Assembly: GCA_038087875.1 (NCBI GenBank)
Contig: JAXLNO010000127.1
Span: forward strand, 60,074-80,073
Source: Malacoraja senta
Lineage: Eukaryota
Reading direction: 5' to 3'
Length of the DNA stretch: 20,000 nucleotides
Part shown: one piece after another, positions 18,400 through 20,000 of the stretch
How positions within the stretch are numbered: the first letter of the stretch is position 1
Layout: each line of letters begins with the position of its first letter
Program-made: the position numbers and the translations under genes
The notes under the pieces: model-generated
The model's database searches: none
Told to the model about the DNA's origin: nothing
What the model saw: only the letters and a program-made list of their open reading frames with translations

Positions 18400-18530
18400 G
18401 AGATGCAATAGTTCTCTTGATGCTGTTGATGGCCATGCCGAAATAGAACAGGCTCTTCGGCCCACAAGAACAGTGAGAAGAAGGAATGACTGGTGTGGGA
18501 CAAGTATTTGATTATGTTGGCTGCTTTTCC
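18400..18530 (-). mobile_element. Old Rex1-like 3' fragment
   Basis: The minus strand reads GKAANIIKYLSHTSHSFFSL, resembling KKAANIIKDPHHPGHALISL of the element at 5933-9141. Confidence 0.55.
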
Positions 18531-18535
18531 ATGAT

Positions 18536-18774
18536 CTTAGAGGGGTGATCTTAGAAGAGATGTAAAAGTTCATGAAAGGAATAGATCGGGTAGACGCACA
18601 GAGTCTCTTGCCAAGAGTAGGGAAATCAAGGACGAGAGGACATTGGTTCCAGGTGATGCTGGAAAGATTGAATTTACCTGACGGGTAACTTTGTTCACAC
18701 AATAGGTGGTGGGTGCATGGAATGAGCTGCTGGATGAGGTAGTTGAATCGGGTACTACCGCAACGTTTAGGAAC
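18536..18774 (+). mobile_element. CR1-clade LINE ORF2 C-terminal fragment
   Basis: It reads LRGDLRRDV...MKGIDRVDAQSLLPRVGKSRTRGH and is truncated at the duplication breakpoint. Confidence 0.75.
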
Positions 18775-18788
18775 CAACGTTTAGGAAC

Positions 18789-19489
18789 GTTGAATGACTA
18801 ACCTGCTGCACACCAAGAAGCTCACCAAGAAGAAGCCCTCAATCATGATGGTGAGTTTTAAGAAATTCTCAATGTGTCATCAATGCATCGATTTACATTC
18901 CTCAGTAAATGTAATTGTGTTTTGAACAAGTATTAATGATACTTGTATTAATAAAGTATTAATGAAGTATTCTTAGAATAAAGGGGAGGTCATTTAAGAC
19001 CGAGGTGAGAAAAAACGTTTTCACCCAGAGAGTTGTGAATTTATGGAATTCCCTGCCACAGAGGGCAGTGGAGGCCAAGTCACTGGATGGATTTAAGAGA
19101 GAGTTAGATAGAGCTCTAGGGGCTAGTGGAATCAAGGGATATGGGGAGAAGGCAGGCACGGGTTATTGATAGGGGACGATCAGCCATGATCACAATGAAT
19201 GGCGGTACAGGCTCGAAGGGCCGAATGGCCTCCCCTGCACCTATTTTCTATGTTTAATGACGCCGCGTGAATTGTATTCAAAGGAACTCTGGGAAACGTC
19301 ACCTATCCATGTCTCCACAGATGCTGCCCTGACCGGCTGAGTTACTCCAGCAATCTGTGTCTTCAGCACTGAAGATAGACACAAAATGCTGGAGTAACTC
19401 AGCGGGTCAGGCAGCATCTCTGGGGAACATGGATAGGTGACGTTTCGCAGAGTGATGGAGTAACTCTGCGGGTCTGGCAGCATCTCTGG
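18789..19489 (+). repeat. ~700-bp local duplication, copy 2 (contains duplicated CR1 end and Penelope-like units)
   Basis: Collinear with 15467-16167. Confidence 0.95.
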
Positions 19490-19756
19490 ACACAAAGCGC
19501 TGGTGTAACTCAGGTCAGGAAGCATCTCTGGAGAAAAAGGATGGGTAACGTTTCAGGTCAGGATCATTCTGCGAACCATCATTAATTGATTGCAAATCAG
19601 GATGAAGTAAAGCAAAAAAATTGCAGATTCTGGAAATCTGGCAAATCCAAAACTGTGTAATAGCTATTTGCCTGAGATGCTATCCACACCATTGCATTCC
19701 ACAACTTACACCCACGACCAGCCCTTGGCTGTCTTACCCCACAGGTTATGTGTGCT

Positions 19757-20000
19757 GAGTCATAAAGTGATAGTGTGGAAAACAGGCCCTTTGGCCCAAA
19801 TTACCCACACCGGCCAACATGTCCCAGCTACACATCCCATCTGCCTGCAATTGGTCCATATCCCTCCAAACCTGTCCTATCCATGCCACCTGTCTTACTG
19901 TTTCTTAAATGTTGGGACAGTCCCCTGTCTCAGCTAACCCCTCTGGCAGCGTTTTCCATACACCCACCACTCTTTGTGTGGAAAAAGTTACCCTCAGATT
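19757..20000 (-). mobile_element. CR1-clade LINE 3' end (continues beyond the window)
   Basis: gagtcataaagtgatagtgtggaaaacaggccctttggccc...ccctctggcagcgttttccatacacccaccac; same family as 17849-18273. Confidence 0.75.

Overview
This is eukaryotic, repeat-dense genomic DNA. The repeat families (HE1-type V-SINEs, CR1/HER1 LINEs, Penelope-type terminal repeats) point to a cartilaginous fish, probably a skate or ray; this is an inference. The only host gene I can support is the 3' end of a SUN1/SUN2-type nuclear-envelope gene on the + strand. Its last three coding exons (4254-4421, 5269-5361, 11597-11710) are all phase 0 and splice into the C-terminal SUN domain. Most of the rest is mobile-element derived: a 5'-truncated L1 flanked by a 157-bp direct repeat, a ~3.2-kb decayed Rex1/Babar LINE nested in a SINE in the last intron, the 3' end of a DIRS-type tyrosine-recombinase retrotransposon that the ORF track misses, and many CR1 tails and SINEs. 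There are also short Penelope-like units carrying minimal hammerhead-ribozyme motifs, one of them a ~200-bp palindrome with its own target-site duplication. Other structure includes a ~700-bp local duplication, a ~580-bp foldback and a near-perfect 70-nt hairpin. I see no prokaryotic-type system and no convincing new protein-coding system. Family names come from motif recognition, not database searches, and repeat boundaries are approximate unless a junction is quoted.
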